From positions 66,194-130,193 of the IMG/VR virus record IMGVR_UViG_2912874417_000004: a stretch of 64,000 nt of DNA. One strand, 5' to 3'. Within the stretch, counting starts at the first letter, position 1, and each line of letters starts with the position of its first letter. The translations under genes and the position numbers were made by a program. Source of the DNA: a virus (Duplodnaviria; Caudoviricetes). Positions 48,601-60,160 of this stretch are shown here, piece after piece. The notes under the pieces are model-generated. The model had not been told where the DNA came from. It worked only from the letters and a program-made list of their open reading frames with translations, and made no database searches.

Positions 48601-51600
48601 ATGCAGATGAACTTGAGTCATTTTCAATAAATGTTTCAAAATACATGGAAAATATCCAAAAAGCTCTGCAATCGGGAAATAAAAATAATTTTGATTCCGC
48701 CTCTAAAAGCTTAGAACAGCTTGTTAATCAATATATGAGTGGCAAAGATAAAGCTAATGGTTTGGCTTTATCTTATGATGACCTTAAAACTGCCATTGAC
48801 TCTACAAACGATTCTGCACAAACTGCAAAAGTAACATGGGATGAAAATGGTGAAGGTGTAGATGCATTAGGTGAGCAAGTCGGGAATTTATCTGACAAGC
48901 TCAAAGAAGCTAAAGGTGATTTTGAAGCAATTAAAGGAATCATCGATGAATTAGTTGAATCGAAGCAAAATGATGCTGCTATATCTGCTATTCAAAATGA
49001 AGCTTATGACACTATGTCTGACAGCATCTCCCCTTTAAATAACCTCCTTGAAAAAATGTCTGAAGGTAAAAGCATATCTGCAACAGAAGCCATGAAGCTT
49101 ATTCAGAAAGAACATGATCTTGCTGATGCAATTTCTGTTGAAAATGGTGTTGTAAAAATCAACAGAAATGCAGTTGTTAAGCTTCGGGACACAAAACTCA
49201 AAGCTTACAATGATATGCAACAATCTGTAAGACAAGATCTAATTAATCAGGCTAATGCATTAAACAAAAAGATTAATATGTATAAGTCTGAAGTCAAGGC
49301 TATCAAGACTGTTCAAGACGCTTATAAAATGAAGTCTGAGCTTGAAGACAACAAGAAAAAGATATACGACGAACTAAAAAAAGGGAACAGTGGTGCGCTA
49401 CAGTTCCTACCGAAAACACAAGATGATTTAAATCAGGTCACTGATATCACTGATCAGCTTAAAGAGCTTGATAAGCTAGCCGATTTGGCTTCAACTTCCC
49501 TATCTGAAACAGGAACATCACTTGATGACCTTTCTTCCTCAAGTGATAAAGCCTCTGAGGAAATGAAAACATCTATGTATGTGGCTGATAAATACAAGGA
49601 AGCTCTGGAGAAAGTCAACGCTGAAGTTGAAAAGTACAATAAGCAGGTAAACGACTATCCAAAGTATTCCCAAAGTTATCGAAATGCCCTGCAGAAAGAA
49701 ATTAAAGCTCTTCAACAAAAGAAAAAGCTTATGCAGGAGCAAGCCAAACTCCTCAAGGATCAAATTAAGTCAGGGAACATTGCACAATACGGTATAGTTA
49801 CCTCTTCCCTTTCCTCTGGTTCATCTTCTGGTGGTTCTTATTCTTCCGGTGGCGGGTCTTACTCCGGTAAATACTCCAGTTACATTAATTCTGCCGCAAG
49901 CAAATATGGTGTTGATCCAGCTCTAATTGCAGCTGTAATCCAACAAGAATCAGGATTCAATGCAAGGGCTCGTTCTGGAGCAGGCGCAGCAGGATTAATG
50001 CAGTTGATGCCTTCCACTGCCAAAAGCTTAGGTGTAAACAATGTTTATGATCCTTATCAGAGCATTATGGGTGGTACGAAATATTTAGCCCAACAACTAA
50101 GCAAATTTGGTGGCAATGTTGAGAAAGCACTTGCTGCTTATAACGCAGGGCCTGGGAATGTAATCAAATATGGTGGCATCCCTCCTTTCAAGGAAACGCA
50201 GAATTATGTTCAGAAGATCATGTCTAATTACACTAAGTCAATGACTTCTGCTAATTCCTCTATTGCAAGCTACTATACGAAGAACAGTGCGTTTAGAATA
50301 AGTTCTAAGTATGGCGCACAAGATGGCGCTTACCGATCAACTCCACATAAAGGTATCGACTTCGCAGCAAAAGCTGGAACCGCAATTAAATCGGTTCAGA
50401 GTGGAAAAGTTCAAATTGCTGGTTATAGTAAAACTGCCGGTAACTGGGTTGTCATTCAGCAGGATGATGGAAAAGTTGCTAAGTATATGCATATGCTTGA
50501 TACCCCTTCTGTTAAAGCCGGTCAAACTGTTAAAGCTGGCCAGACCATTGGTAAAGTTGGCAGTACGGGTAATTCAACAGGAAATCACCTTCATCTTCAA
50601 ATTGAGGAAAACGGAAAGACGATTGACCCTGAGAAGTATTTAAAAGGTGTCGGTACATCTATTTCAGATGCATCTCAAGCTGAAGCAGAGCGACAGCAAG
50701 CAATCGCACAAGCTAAATCCGACCTCCTCTCCCTCCAAGGCGACATTGACTCAGTAAACGATCAGATCCAAGAACTCAGATATGAAATCGTTCAGTCGAA
50801 ACTTGATGAATATGACAAGCGCATTGGTGATTTTGACGTAAGAATCGCTAAAGACAAAGCCCTCGCTAGTCATTACTTGAGCGACAGTAAAGAATTCCGC
50901 AAGTATACAAACGATCAGAAAAAAGCTTTAACTGAACAACAAAAGATTCAGAGTCAGAAGGTTTCTTTTATTGAAAAAGAAATCAAAACAAACAAAACTC
51001 TGAATGCCGCTCAAAGAGCACAGCTTGCTGAGGAATTAAAACAAGCTAAGATTGATCTCATCAATTTCCAAGAAGAAGTAAGAGAACTTCAGGGACAGCT
51101 AATCCAATCTAAAGTTGATGAAACGCTTAACGGTATAGAGAAATCAACCAAGAAAACTGAATCCAAGCTTAAAGATGTTAACAACAAAATATCCATGACC
51201 GAGGAAGATAAAGACAAGGTTAAATATTATAGCCAACAGATTAAGCTTATTCAGCAACAACAGACTGAAGCGAAGAAGTATATCAAACAGTTGGAAGCAC
51301 AAAAGAAAGCTGCTAAAGGGTTCCCGGATATTCAGAAACAAATTACTGAAGAGATTGAGAACTGGAAAGACAAGCAGAAGGATTACAATCTGGAGCTTTA
51401 CAACACAAAGAAATCAATCAAAGATGTGTACAAATCTCTTGCTGATGAAGTTGTCTCCATCTATAAAGAGATGTACGAAAAGATGCGTGATATTGAATTA
51501 AAAGCGCATCAAAAAGCTACGCAAGACTTGATTGATGAGATTGATAAGACTGATGACGAAGCTAAATTTCAAAGACAGTTAAAAGAGAAACAAGACAGTA

Positions 51601-52481
51601 TCCAAAAACTCACTGACCAAATTAATCAGTATTCTCTTGATGACTCAGAATTTGGCAAGTCAAAGGTTAAGGAATTAACTGAGCAGTTACAAAAGGAACA
51701 GTTAGATTTAGATGAGTTTCTTAAAGATCGTGAAAGTAGCAAACGAAAAGAAGCACTGCAAGATCAGCTTCAAAAAGACGAAGATTCAATTAACAAGAAA
51801 TATGATGATCTCGTTAATGATGAGCGTGGGTTTAAGGAACTTGAGAAAAAGCTAATGGATGGGAAGATTACTGATATTGCTAAGCAACTGAATGAATTCT
51901 CTAAGTTCATTAATGGCAATATGGAGTCCATTGGGAAAAGCATCTCTAATAACCTCATTGATAAGCTTAAAGAAGCTTCTAATGCCCTTAATACTGTGAC
52001 CAAAGGCAATACAACAGGAAAAAAAATATCTTCATTTGAAACAGGAGGATATACAGGAACAGGTTTAGGTGCTGGCAAGCTTGCTATTCTTCATGATAAA
52101 GAGCTTATTCTGAATAAGACTGACACCAAGAATATGCTTGAAACTGTAAAGCAAGTCCGCAATCTGTCTGATAGCGATTTGAATAATGAAACACCTAAAT
52201 GGGGACAAGGTGGAAAATTAGCAGCTTTGATTAACAAAGGGATTACTTCTATTCCATCAATAATTCCGAATATTACCCAATCAAACCTATCTAATAGTTT
52301 GATACCAAACGTTAAAACCACTAACCTGCCCCCTACGACAACCGTTAATTCTAATGGTGATAAAACAATTAATACACCAATTATTTTCAATGTTGATAAA
52401 CTTACTGGTGGGGAAACTGGAGCCAGAACAATGCTCGAAACCATCAAGAAAGAAATTATAAAATTAAATGGAAGTATGTAA
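45603..52481 (+). CDS. cwlP: tape measure protein with lytic transglycosylase (SLT) and M23 peptidase domains
   Basis: About 2290 aa; TP901-type TMP region; SLT QQESGFN...GLMQLMP...AYNAG; M23 HKGID...HLH; TTG start at 45603 after an RBS. Confidence 0.92.
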   Translation: MSQDLKIILTPKADTSSKTVEQLNQQIKSLEKKLNSLNLKTNIDASALKTLNDFSSAVDTYQKHLKSFNQTVKETTTITRSADGTVEKLTQQYKKNGEIIQREKKFIDNRNQSLREQTQEVNRLTQATEKLGQVQKKTEQKNAQGQTTRVTQKNRNGFDDITYTTDPKTNATSSKVTTNYDQQRKAIEQLKLDLEKLRQQGIVTDTTLSSLGRKLNTAQTAQQIEALQNRIKMLDDKSAAVAKNNELRKTIELYQRQAQVNVQNLNTRYGDTMGTGNRQAAQDYLNAVNSLNVSAGGNNIRSQMQSLNMQFRELASNAQTASSQASSFGTELTQAFKSMSTYLISGSLFYGAISGLKEMVSQAVEIDTLMTNIRRVMNEPDYKYNELLQESINLGDTLSNKITDILQMTGDFGRMGFDESELSTLTKTAQVLQNVSDLTPDDTVNTLTAAMLNFNIAANDSISIADKLNEVDNNYAVTTLDLANSIRKAGSTASTFGVELNDLIGYTTAIASTTRESGNIVGNSLKTIFARIGNNNSSIKALEQIGISVKTASGEAKSATDLINELADKWNTLSDAQKQNTSIGVAGIYQLSRFNALMNNFSISQNAATTASNSAGSAWSEQQKYADSLQARLNRLSNAFTEMSIASSEAFISNSIVVFADALKGLMQTSAQITKTVGLLPQVFGSATTAILLFNTSLRTATISTGMSAISTLKNLVLNFNAVGIGATTASAKTAVWTRVVNASSVAMSNLKKVAVSTSAFLAGSFLPMAAMVGLGVVIEKLISSYSELKQAREDFEQAKTTSIEAITTNKDETDKLISQYKELQKAKDGGALSANQEQEYLQVTQQLAQTFPNLIAGYDSQGQAIIKKNQALKDAIKYTEDLSNLNKKDIQTGANSNFKESLKDIDKLNDKIKQYKQVADYYKNGKSWDIFSSENDKKNQGIKAEQDALRTEQELSSSQAKIREQVQQTIDAFNSIKINPNLSREISNAFDKIDFSKMNADELESFSINVSKYMENIQKALQSGNKNNFDSASKSLEQLVNQYMSGKDKANGLALSYDDLKTAIDSTNDSAQTAKVTWDENGEGVDALGEQVGNLSDKLKEAKGDFEAIKGIIDELVESKQNDAAISAIQNEAYDTMSDSISPLNNLLEKMSEGKSISATEAMKLIQKEHDLADAISVENGVVKINRNAVVKLRDTKLKAYNDMQQSVRQDLINQANALNKKINMYKSEVKAIKTVQDAYKMKSELEDNKKKIYDELKKGNSGALQFLPKTQDDLNQVTDITDQLKELDKLADLASTSLSETGTSLDDLSSSSDKASEEMKTSMYVADKYKEALEKVNAEVEKYNKQVNDYPKYSQSYRNALQKEIKALQQKKKLMQEQAKLLKDQIKSGNIAQYGIVTSSLSSGSSSGGSYSSGGGSYSGKYSSYINSAASKYGVDPALIAAVIQQESGFNARARSGAGAAGLMQLMPSTAKSLGVNNVYDPYQSIMGGTKYLAQQLSKFGGNVEKALAAYNAGPGNVIKYGGIPPFKETQNYVQKIMSNYTKSMTSANSSIASYYTKNSAFRISSKYGAQDGAYRSTPHKGIDFAAKAGTAIKSVQSGKVQIAGYSKTAGNWVVIQQDDGKVAKYMHMLDTPSVKAGQTVKAGQTIGKVGSTGNSTGNHLHLQIEENGKTIDPEKYLKGVGTSISDASQAEAERQQAIAQAKSDLLSLQGDIDSVNDQIQELRYEIVQSKLDEYDKRIGDFDVRIAKDKALASHYLSDSKEFRKYTNDQKKALTEQQKIQSQKVSFIEKEIKTNKTLNAAQRAQLAEELKQAKIDLINFQEEVRELQGQLIQSKVDETLNGIEKSTKKTESKLKDVNNKISMTEEDKDKVKYYSQQIKLIQQQQTEAKKYIKQLEAQKKAAKGFPDIQKQITEEIENWKDKQKDYNLELYNTKKSIKDVYKSLADEVVSIYKEMYEKMRDIELKAHQKATQDLIDEIDKTDDEAKFQRQLKEKQDSIQKLTDQINQYSLDDSEFGKSKVKELTEQLQKEQLDLDEFLKDRESSKRKEALQDQLQKDEDSINKKYDDLVNDERGFKELEKKLMDGKITDIAKQLNEFSKFINGNMESIGKSISNNLIDKLKEASNALNTVTKGNTTGKKISSFETGGYTGTGLGAGKLAILHDKELILNKTDTKNMLETVKQVRNLSDSDLNNETPKWGQGGKLAALINKGITSIPSIIPNITQSNLSNSLIPNVKTTNLPPTTTVNSNGDKTINTPIIFNVDKLTGGETGARTMLETIKKEIIKLNGSM

Positions 52482-52538
52482 GAGTCTGTATAATGCAGGC
52501 TCTTCAGCTTGCTTTTTAATTGTTAAGGGTGGAATTTT

Positions 52539-53297
52539 ATGATTAGAGAAAGTCAATATTTTATGTTCGATGATATCCCCTCTTATGAAATTGGGGCAGT
52601 GAATGTAAACACCGAGGGCGGACTACTTGAAGAGACATTCATAGCGAATAGAACAGTAAATGAAACATATACACGATCAGCTTCTGAGCCATATGTAGAC
52701 AGTGTTAAACGTGAGCCATATGAAATCCCTTTAAATTTTTACATAGAAGATCATTTAGATGAAGAAAATATTCGAAGAGTTGCACGTTGGCTAAATGTAG
52801 AAGATTACAAGCCTCTTTCATTCAGTAGTAATTTAGATATCATTTATTTTGCTTTGCCAGTGAACGCAACAGACTTGGTACACAACTGCTCTAATGATGG
52901 ATACGTGAAGCTGACAATGAAAGTATTTCCTTATAGGTATGGACGAGAAACAACTACCCATTGGTATGACATATCATCAGGTTCTAATAATATAGAAATT
53001 AAGAATATAGGGGATTTAGATATCCCACTCTCTCTCGAATTCAAAAAAATTGGTGATGGAGACATCACAATTGAAAACTTGACAGCTTATAAAGAACCTC
53101 TAAAATTCACATCGATTAAACATCAGGAAGTTATTAATGTAGATGCTAATAAAGAGCTGATCACCTCCAGTGTTACTGGGTATGAGTGTTATGATCAAGT
53201 CAATGAACAGTATGTTTTTTTAACAAGAGGGATAAACAGAGTTAAAATAACGGGTGAATGTTATATCCGGTTCATATACAGATATAAGTATTTGTAA
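52539..53297 (+). CDS. distal tail protein (YomH-like)
   Basis: 252 aa directly after the TMP; Dit-like. Confidence 0.75.
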   Translation: MIRESQYFMFDDIPSYEIGAVNVNTEGGLLEETFIANRTVNETYTRSASEPYVDSVKREPYEIPLNFYIEDHLDEENIRRVARWLNVEDYKPLSFSSNLDIIYFALPVNATDLVHNCSNDGYVKLTMKVFPYRYGRETTTHWYDISSGSNNIEIKNIGDLDIPLSLEFKKIGDGDITIENLTAYKEPLKFTSIKHQEVINVDANKELITSSVTGYECYDQVNEQYVFLTRGINRVKITGECYIRFIYRYKYL

Positions 53298-53309
53298 GGG
53301 GATGTTTTA

Positions 53310-56300
53310 TTGACTTACGATTTTAAACCAGGTCATCTAAAACTTTCTTTAGCAAAACCAAATAAAAAGAAAGTCGCTAATATAGTAGATTTCTCTAACG
53401 CCTCTCTAAATTTGAATTTTGATGAACTCCACGATCTAACTTTTAATATCCCACTTAAAGCAAGATATAATTTCAAGATGAAGCCAAACCATGTGGCAGA
53501 ACTCATAAAAGGCTGGTATCTCATTAAGGCAGAGTTCTTAAACAGAGTTGAATGGTTTGTAATAACCGGATTGACAAAGTCAGAAAATGAGGAACAAACA
53601 ATACAAGTTAGAGCTCAAGGGCTTCCCTACATTCTTCATAAAAGCAAAATCAAATCATATGAAGGCATCTCTAAAAATCTGTTGGAAGTTGCCACAGATT
53701 GTCTTAAGGGAACTTGTTTTACTGTAGACTTTATTGACCCCTCTTTTAATGAAAAACGCCGCTCATTTGATGTTACCTCTACCCGATATGAGTTTTTAAA
53801 GAACATTGGAGATACTTTTGAGGCTGTGCCTATATTTGATACCGTGAACAACACAGTATCATTTTATAAAAAAGAAACTGTGTCCAAGTATAAAGGTGTC
53901 CAATTCTCTCCTAAAAGGTTCATGATTGATATGGAAGATACCATTGATATTGATGAAGTTGTAACACGATTAGACATTACCGGTAAAGATGGAATTGTTA
54001 TTAATTCAGTCAATCCTACTGGCCAGAGTTACTTGGACGATTTCTCTTATTTCCTCTACCCTTTTGAACGTGATGAAAAAAGAAATGTAATTAAGCATAG
54101 TGATTACATGGATGATGATTTGTGCCATGCAATTTTAGATTACAATGAACTTGTAAATAAAGAAGGCTCTTCTTTTTACCTCCTTTTAAATCAGAAAAAA
54201 GATCTTGAAGCAACAAAAACCGCACAGGAGAATACCCTCTTCACCCTAGAAAAAATTGAATTACAACAAATCTTAGATAAGATCACAGTAGCAAAAAAAG
54301 CTGGAGATGACACGAAAGATCTTATCAAGCAAAGAGATGCCAAACAACTAGAAGTTACATCAAAGAAAGCTGAAATATCCACCACTGCCAATCAGATTTC
54401 CAAGATAACTGAAGAAATAGCAGTGTTAAAAGATCGGTTGTCTATGGATAAGTTTCTCGGTGAAAAGCTAATGAAAAAGTTGTCTTATTTTATCCGTCAA
54501 GATGATTGGTCTAATGACAACATTTTTGATGAAACAGAGCTGTATGAAAAAGGCCTTGAGGAACTTGGAGAGAAAAATACACCTCCGGTAGACATCAGAA
54601 CAAACATTGTGAACCTATTTACTGTCAACAAAGAAAAGGAATTTTGGGATAGAATCTACCTGGGAGATATAATCAGATTAGCTAATGACGATTTTAGAAC
54701 TGATGTCAAAGCAACACTTACAGGAATGAATTTTGATTTTGAGCAGCAAAGTATACAAGTAACACTTTCGAATGGAAAAAGAGCTACTACTATAGAACAA
54801 GACTTTGCACGCTCATTGTATACTGCTAAGAAAGCATCAACTGAATTCAATAGGAAAAAGATTGATTATGATACCCTGCTGACCAATTACAATGCACGAA
54901 ATGATCGTATATCTGCACCCATTGCAAACCCAACTATCCGTAATGATGGGACTGCTATAACTCATGTTGTAAACGATAATGGATCTGTAGATGTATCAAT
55001 CGAATGGGATTTTCCAGACTCCAATGAGGATAAATATAATATCGATGGTTTTCTTATCCATTGCTACTCTGACACATCAGATGATACCTATCTTTTTGGT
55101 TCAAAGATGTCAGCTGAACAATATTTATCAGTTAGTTATGATAAACGAATTGCAACATTAACCGGTCAAGTTTCAAATAAGCACTATACATTTGGAGTCC
55201 AAGCCTATCGCACAGTAGAGACATCTATTGATAGTAGCGGTCGAATATTATCTGATATTATACAGCCTAAATTCCCCTCAGAAAACCCCTACCTCCCCTC
55301 TTCTACTGTAGAAGTCAAAGGTAAGCTTAATGGCTCGAAATACACTGTCTCCTCAACTGAACCCGAAGAGCCAGAAGCAAACGATTTATGGACTAATACG
55401 GTTACCGGTGTTGTTTCCTCTTATGACGGCGAAAAATGGGTTTCCAGTGACCAGAAAACTGCTGAGTTAGTTGAAACCACAGCAGCACAAGTTGACACTA
55501 AACTCTCCGACTATGATAGTCGTGTCCAAAACATTGAGCTCAATAACCTTTTGGTCAATCCATTGAAATGGAAAGGCGGAAATGTTTCTGCATTTGGTCG
55601 TAAATATTATGCCGATGTCAGTTATGACTCAACTGTTTTAAACTTAAATACAATCACTATTCCTATCCTTATTAATGCTGTGGATGCTTCAGACTCAAAT
55701 CCAACTGTTGTAGACTACACTTATAACGAAGCGTGGGATATGATCCCTAAACTCAAGAATGACGGGTACAACATTATTTTAGAACCCTACCCCTTCATCG
55801 CAAATGGAACGATAGCTGAAACCGATTGGATCCCTTCTGATCTAAACCAATGGTTCGCAGCATGGAGCAACATCCTTCAAGACTTCGCTAAAAAATGCGA
55901 ACAATTTAAATTAGACGGTTTATACATTGCTTCAAACTTAGTTCATATGGAAGACTCAACAGAAAAGTGGAAATCAGTTATTACAGGCCTTAGGAGTTTA
56001 TTCAGCGGAAAGATACTCTACCGAACAAACTATTGGGTAACCGCTGATTGGGCTCCTGAAACAATTGCTGCGTACAACAAAAAGCTGAATAATCCTCTAT
56101 TCGGACTAGTCGATATTATTGCAATAGCAGCTTACTTTGAATTGACTGATAATCGAAATCCATCTGTCGATCAGTTAATTGATGCTATTTATAGCGTACC
56201 GCTATACGGGCGAGGACAGAATATATTCAAGGAAATCAAAGCATTTTATGACAAATGGAATAAGCCGATCTTCTTTGGTGAACTTGGCATCCCACCTTAC

Positions 56301-56591
56301 AGTAACTCTCCTGAACAGCCCCATAACGCGTTCGGTGACCTAGGGGAATACAATGAATCAATTCAGGCGAATTGGTTTGAAGCATGGGTTAGAGTTTTTC
56401 AAGCTCAAGATTGGTGGCAAGGATATTCTGTATACGCAATTTCAGATGAGAAGTCTGTGTACAACGTAATTGGTAAGAAAGCTGAATCCATTATTAGAGG
56501 ACAAACATTAGGCGGTACAAAAGGCAGACTACAGAGCTTAGAAGAAAGAGTCGCGCACTTAGAAGAATTGCTCAAATCAATTACACAATAG
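53310..56591 (+). CDS. tail tip/baseplate hub protein (YomG-like) with C-terminal GH113-like TIM barrel
   Basis: Tal-like N-terminus, coiled coil, FN3-like segment; C-terminal ILEPYP...DIIAIAAYFEL...KPIFFGELG. Confidence 0.75.
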   Translation: MTYDFKPGHLKLSLAKPNKKKVANIVDFSNASLNLNFDELHDLTFNIPLKARYNFKMKPNHVAELIKGWYLIKAEFLNRVEWFVITGLTKSENEEQTIQVRAQGLPYILHKSKIKSYEGISKNLLEVATDCLKGTCFTVDFIDPSFNEKRRSFDVTSTRYEFLKNIGDTFEAVPIFDTVNNTVSFYKKETVSKYKGVQFSPKRFMIDMEDTIDIDEVVTRLDITGKDGIVINSVNPTGQSYLDDFSYFLYPFERDEKRNVIKHSDYMDDDLCHAILDYNELVNKEGSSFYLLLNQKKDLEATKTAQENTLFTLEKIELQQILDKITVAKKAGDDTKDLIKQRDAKQLEVTSKKAEISTTANQISKITEEIAVLKDRLSMDKFLGEKLMKKLSYFIRQDDWSNDNIFDETELYEKGLEELGEKNTPPVDIRTNIVNLFTVNKEKEFWDRIYLGDIIRLANDDFRTDVKATLTGMNFDFEQQSIQVTLSNGKRATTIEQDFARSLYTAKKASTEFNRKKIDYDTLLTNYNARNDRISAPIANPTIRNDGTAITHVVNDNGSVDVSIEWDFPDSNEDKYNIDGFLIHCYSDTSDDTYLFGSKMSAEQYLSVSYDKRIATLTGQVSNKHYTFGVQAYRTVETSIDSSGRILSDIIQPKFPSENPYLPSSTVEVKGKLNGSKYTVSSTEPEEPEANDLWTNTVTGVVSSYDGEKWVSSDQKTAELVETTAAQVDTKLSDYDSRVQNIELNNLLVNPLKWKGGNVSAFGRKYYADVSYDSTVLNLNTITIPILINAVDASDSNPTVVDYTYNEAWDMIPKLKNDGYNIILEPYPFIANGTIAETDWIPSDLNQWFAAWSNILQDFAKKCEQFKLDGLYIASNLVHMEDSTEKWKSVITGLRSLFSGKILYRTNYWVTADWAPETIAAYNKKLNNPLFGLVDIIAIAAYFELTDNRNPSVDQLIDAIYSVPLYGRGQNIFKEIKAFYDKWNKPIFFGELGIPPYSNSPEQPHNAFGDLGEYNESIQANWFEAWVRVFQAQDWWQGYSVYAISDEKSVYNVIGKKAESIIRGQTLGGTKGRLQSLEERVAHLEELLKSITQ

Positions 56592-56611
56592 GAAAGGACG
56601 GTGAATTTAGT

Positions 56612-57430
56612 TTGGATTTTCCTCAGCTCTATAACGACCCTACACTTTCTCAAAAAAGGAAGGGTTCAATCGATGACCCTTATTTAAGCTATAGTGAAAC
56701 TTTAACTGTTTACAATGGTCGAGTCTTACTTACAGAAGTGCCTAACCGTGAGTACAGGGTCGAGGTTAGTGGTGACAGTAAAGAATGGCGAGAAATTGAA
56801 GATGGTGAATTAGAAGACAACTACTTTAAGGTTGATTATCTTATGGGAGTTGTCTTTTTCAATGGTTCAAATGAAGGCAAATCACTTACTTTTACATATC
56901 AAGGAGAAGGCGCATCCTTCTTCCCTGCCTCAAGAATTTGGATTAAACGACAAGGAAATATGGTCATTGAAACGCTTCAAGGCTTAATTGATGATGCTGA
57001 AGATGCCATTATTCGTATCAATGAACGTATTGCTGAATGTGAACGTGTCACCAAGCGATGTATTGAAATAACAAATTGGTGCAGACAAGCAACATCAGAT
57101 TATGAATATGTAGTTGAAAACACTAGGAAGATTTACAAACCCTCTGTTTATACATTCGCAGATATACAAACAACTTACCCCAATCCACTTATAGGATGGA
57201 CGGTTGCTGTAAAAGAAAACAAAACCGTGTATAGATGGGATGGTTTTGATTGGATTGATATTGGAACTTCGGAAGCTTACGAAGGTTTCAATATCTTATT
57301 AAGCGCTGTAGAACCTTTCAATACTAATTATGTATGGTATCAGGATGAAGGCTTAATTCCAGAAAAACAAAGAGTTGTTATATCAAACGTTGCTCCAGAA
57401 TCAGGTGCAGTTTGGTATGAAATTGATTAA
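56612..57430 (+). CDS. YomF-like tail/baseplate protein
   Basis: 272 aa; synteny. Confidence 0.6.
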   Translation: MDFPQLYNDPTLSQKRKGSIDDPYLSYSETLTVYNGRVLLTEVPNREYRVEVSGDSKEWREIEDGELEDNYFKVDYLMGVVFFNGSNEGKSLTFTYQGEGASFFPASRIWIKRQGNMVIETLQGLIDDAEDAIIRINERIAECERVTKRCIEITNWCRQATSDYEYVVENTRKIYKPSVYTFADIQTTYPNPLIGWTVAVKENKTVYRWDGFDWIDIGTSEAYEGFNILLSAVEPFNTNYVWYQDEGLIPEKQRVVISNVAPESGAVWYEID

Positions 57431-57471
57431 AGGAGACTTCGATCGGGTCTCTTTTTTATGGAGGTAAATGA

Positions 57472-59997
57472 ATGGGATTTAAATATTACGACAAGAAAAC
57501 AGAGCAGTATGTACCCATGTCGATTGAATTACTCAAATCTGATGGGGTATCGTTCACTGCTCCTGAAATCAAAAAAGCTTTTGATACCGCTTCTCAAGAC
57601 ATTACAAACGTAATAAGTACAGTCAATTCTAGTTTATCAGATATCAAAAACACTATTGGAGACATTTCAAAAATCCCTGCATCCGGTGCAACAATTGTTG
57701 ATAAAGTCTTAAATGAATTTATCAGACGAAGTGTCAATGTTCAGGATTTTGGAGCTAAGGGTGATGGTGTTACTGATGACACTGAAGCTTTCAAAGCTGC
57801 CTTTGCAAGTGGGAAACGAGAGGTTTTTGTACCTGCAGGTATTTATATGGTTCAAGGATTACATATCCCTTCTTATGTCAGACTTTACGGTGTTGGATCA
57901 GGGTCTATTATCAAGCTTCACCCAACTGCCGCCGGAACATCTTGTGTGTTAACCAATAGCGACTACACAAACGGAAACGAATATATCTTAATTGAAGACT
58001 TAGACCTCGATTGGAATTTAGACAAAAAGGATAATACCATTACAAACGGCACAAATGCAAACTGTGTGGGCATTGTTAACTCTAAATTTGTTCGGGTTAG
58101 AAACGTCAATGCTCGAAATCCAGGTGTGCATGGTTTTGATGTAAGCTCCCCTGTTTGGAACTCTTCCTCTGATGGCGCAGATCATTATCAGCCAAATGGT
58201 AGCAAATATGTTTGGATTGAAAATTGTACTGCAACTAATTATGGTGATGACGGCTTCACAACTCACTATTCTGACTACATCTTCTTCACTAACTGTTACG
58301 CCTATGACGCTAACGGATCTGCACACAGCAAAGGAGCTTCAAATTCAAACGGTTTTGAAATTGATGATGGCTCTAAAAATGTGTGGCTTGTGAACTGTTA
58401 CAGCCGAAAAAACTGCAGAGGTTTTGAAGTCAAAGCTCACAACAGAGCACCAGCAGCAAGAAACGTAAACTTAATAAACTGCTATTCCAAAAATGATATC
58501 CGCGCTTTCGACTTTAGACATATTGGCTTCCACCTAGCCTCCGAAAAAATCTCCACAAGTGCATTTGACATTAATGTTGTTAACTGCACTGCGAAGTCTC
58601 CAATCTTTAGTGACCTTTATAAAGAGTTGAGCCCACGGGCACTAGTAATCTCAGCTTACAGAAATGTCAACATTTCAAACTTTAACGCAATTGGAGACCC
58701 TTCTTATGATTACAAAGGAAATCCCGCAATCGCTACGCAATTTAAATCAAGAAACATCAATTTAAACAATCTCTCTATTTCTAACTTCAAAACAGCTGGA
58801 GCTGACATTTATGTATACGGTGGGGATCAAAAATCAGATAATGTAAATATTTCAAATGTAAATTGTTTTGAATCGGCGAGAATCGGTGTGCGTATTGGCA
58901 GTGGCACAGAAAATGTAAAGCTTATTAATGCAAGTTTGATAGGCGACGGGAAAGCTGACAGTATTGGTGTATATTGTTCTAATTCTCAGGTAAGCCTAAT
59001 GGGAATTTCAGTGGAAAAATACAAAAAGGCTGCCAGAATTGCAGGAGTTGATTACACTTTTGTACCAAATAATATAAAAGGCGGGACAAGGATTGCCACC
59101 TCTTCTGGAGTACCCAAATCTAGCACCGGCTTAATAGCAGCGTCTACTGGACAGCCTGAAGTATCAGGTGAAGCTTCTGCTGTTATAGGCACCACTGGTG
59201 GGGCAAAAGCAACTGGTGTTAGAACAGGAGTGTTTTCCTCTTCCGGAGCAAGTTCCGTTAGCGGTTCGCGTAGCACAGTCATGTCTTCAAACGAATCCCA
59301 CATTGAAGGCGATAATGTCTCACGAACTATCTTATCTTCGGGAGGAGTCAAACTCGGTACAAATGATCGCTATATGGTGGTTGGTGGATATGGTTCTACC
59401 CCATCAAGAGCGAATATCAAATGGATGCTAAACTCCATGAACGGAGATATAACATCTACCGGCAAGATGAATGGCGGAGCCACTTTCAGTGATTACGCTG
59501 AATATTTTGAAAGCCTTGACGGAAAAGCAATTCCGACAGGAACAATTGTCACTCTTGAAGGAGCTAAAATTCGCCCAGCGAGAAAAGGTGAAGATGTACA
59601 CGGAGTAATCTCCGAAACTGCAGGAACTATTTTAGGCGGAGCTGATATTCACTGGCAAGGTAGATATTTAAAGAATGAATTTGGTGGATACATATATGAA
59701 GATGTAGTCAACCCAGAAACCGGTGATGTTAAGAAACTGCCTAAAGTAAACCCTGAATGGATTGAAAAAATAGATTACGTCCCCCGTGAAGAACGCCCTG
59801 AATGGAACATAGTCGGCTTACTTGGACAGGTTTATGTGAAAGTGGACAGCACTGTTTCTGTGGGAGATCGTATTGAAGGTAATTATGGCATCGGCACAAA
59901 AACAGAAGACAGGTTTTACTCTTGGAAGGCTATGGAGATTGTAACCCCATATTCAGACAAGCTTGGCTATGGCATTGCCATCTGCTTAATTAAGTAA
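57472..59997 (+). CDS. tail spike/pre-neck appendage: pectate-lyase-like beta-helix with C-terminal autocleaving chaperone (YomE-like)
   Basis: VNVQDFGAKGDGVTDDT; beta-helix repeats; DYAEYFES...YVPREERPEWNIVGLLGQ peptidase G2 motif. Confidence 0.88.
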   Translation: MGFKYYDKKTEQYVPMSIELLKSDGVSFTAPEIKKAFDTASQDITNVISTVNSSLSDIKNTIGDISKIPASGATIVDKVLNEFIRRSVNVQDFGAKGDGVTDDTEAFKAAFASGKREVFVPAGIYMVQGLHIPSYVRLYGVGSGSIIKLHPTAAGTSCVLTNSDYTNGNEYILIEDLDLDWNLDKKDNTITNGTNANCVGIVNSKFVRVRNVNARNPGVHGFDVSSPVWNSSSDGADHYQPNGSKYVWIENCTATNYGDDGFTTHYSDYIFFTNCYAYDANGSAHSKGASNSNGFEIDDGSKNVWLVNCYSRKNCRGFEVKAHNRAPAARNVNLINCYSKNDIRAFDFRHIGFHLASEKISTSAFDINVVNCTAKSPIFSDLYKELSPRALVISAYRNVNISNFNAIGDPSYDYKGNPAIATQFKSRNINLNNLSISNFKTAGADIYVYGGDQKSDNVNISNVNCFESARIGVRIGSGTENVKLINASLIGDGKADSIGVYCSNSQVSLMGISVEKYKKAARIAGVDYTFVPNNIKGGTRIATSSGVPKSSTGLIAASTGQPEVSGEASAVIGTTGGAKATGVRTGVFSSSGASSVSGSRSTVMSSNESHIEGDNVSRTILSSGGVKLGTNDRYMVVGGYGSTPSRANIKWMLNSMNGDITSTGKMNGGATFSDYAEYFESLDGKAIPTGTIVTLEGAKIRPARKGEDVHGVISETAGTILGGADIHWQGRYLKNEFGGYIYEDVVNPETGDVKKLPKVNPEWIEKIDYVPREERPEWNIVGLLGQVYVKVDSTVSVGDRIEGNYGIGTKTEDRFYSWKAMEIVTPYSDKLGYGIAICLIK

Positions 59998-60160
59998 TCC
60001 CTCAAAATTAAAGGAGGTGGTTATGTTCTAGTTAAAATATAAGTTTTATTCAATTTACAGCATTCAAAAACAGAGATAACAAGAGCATACGTGAGATAAA
60101 GAGAGATTGGAATTTACCCCCTTCTCTCTTTTTTGTGCTCAAATTTAATTTTTAGGAGAG

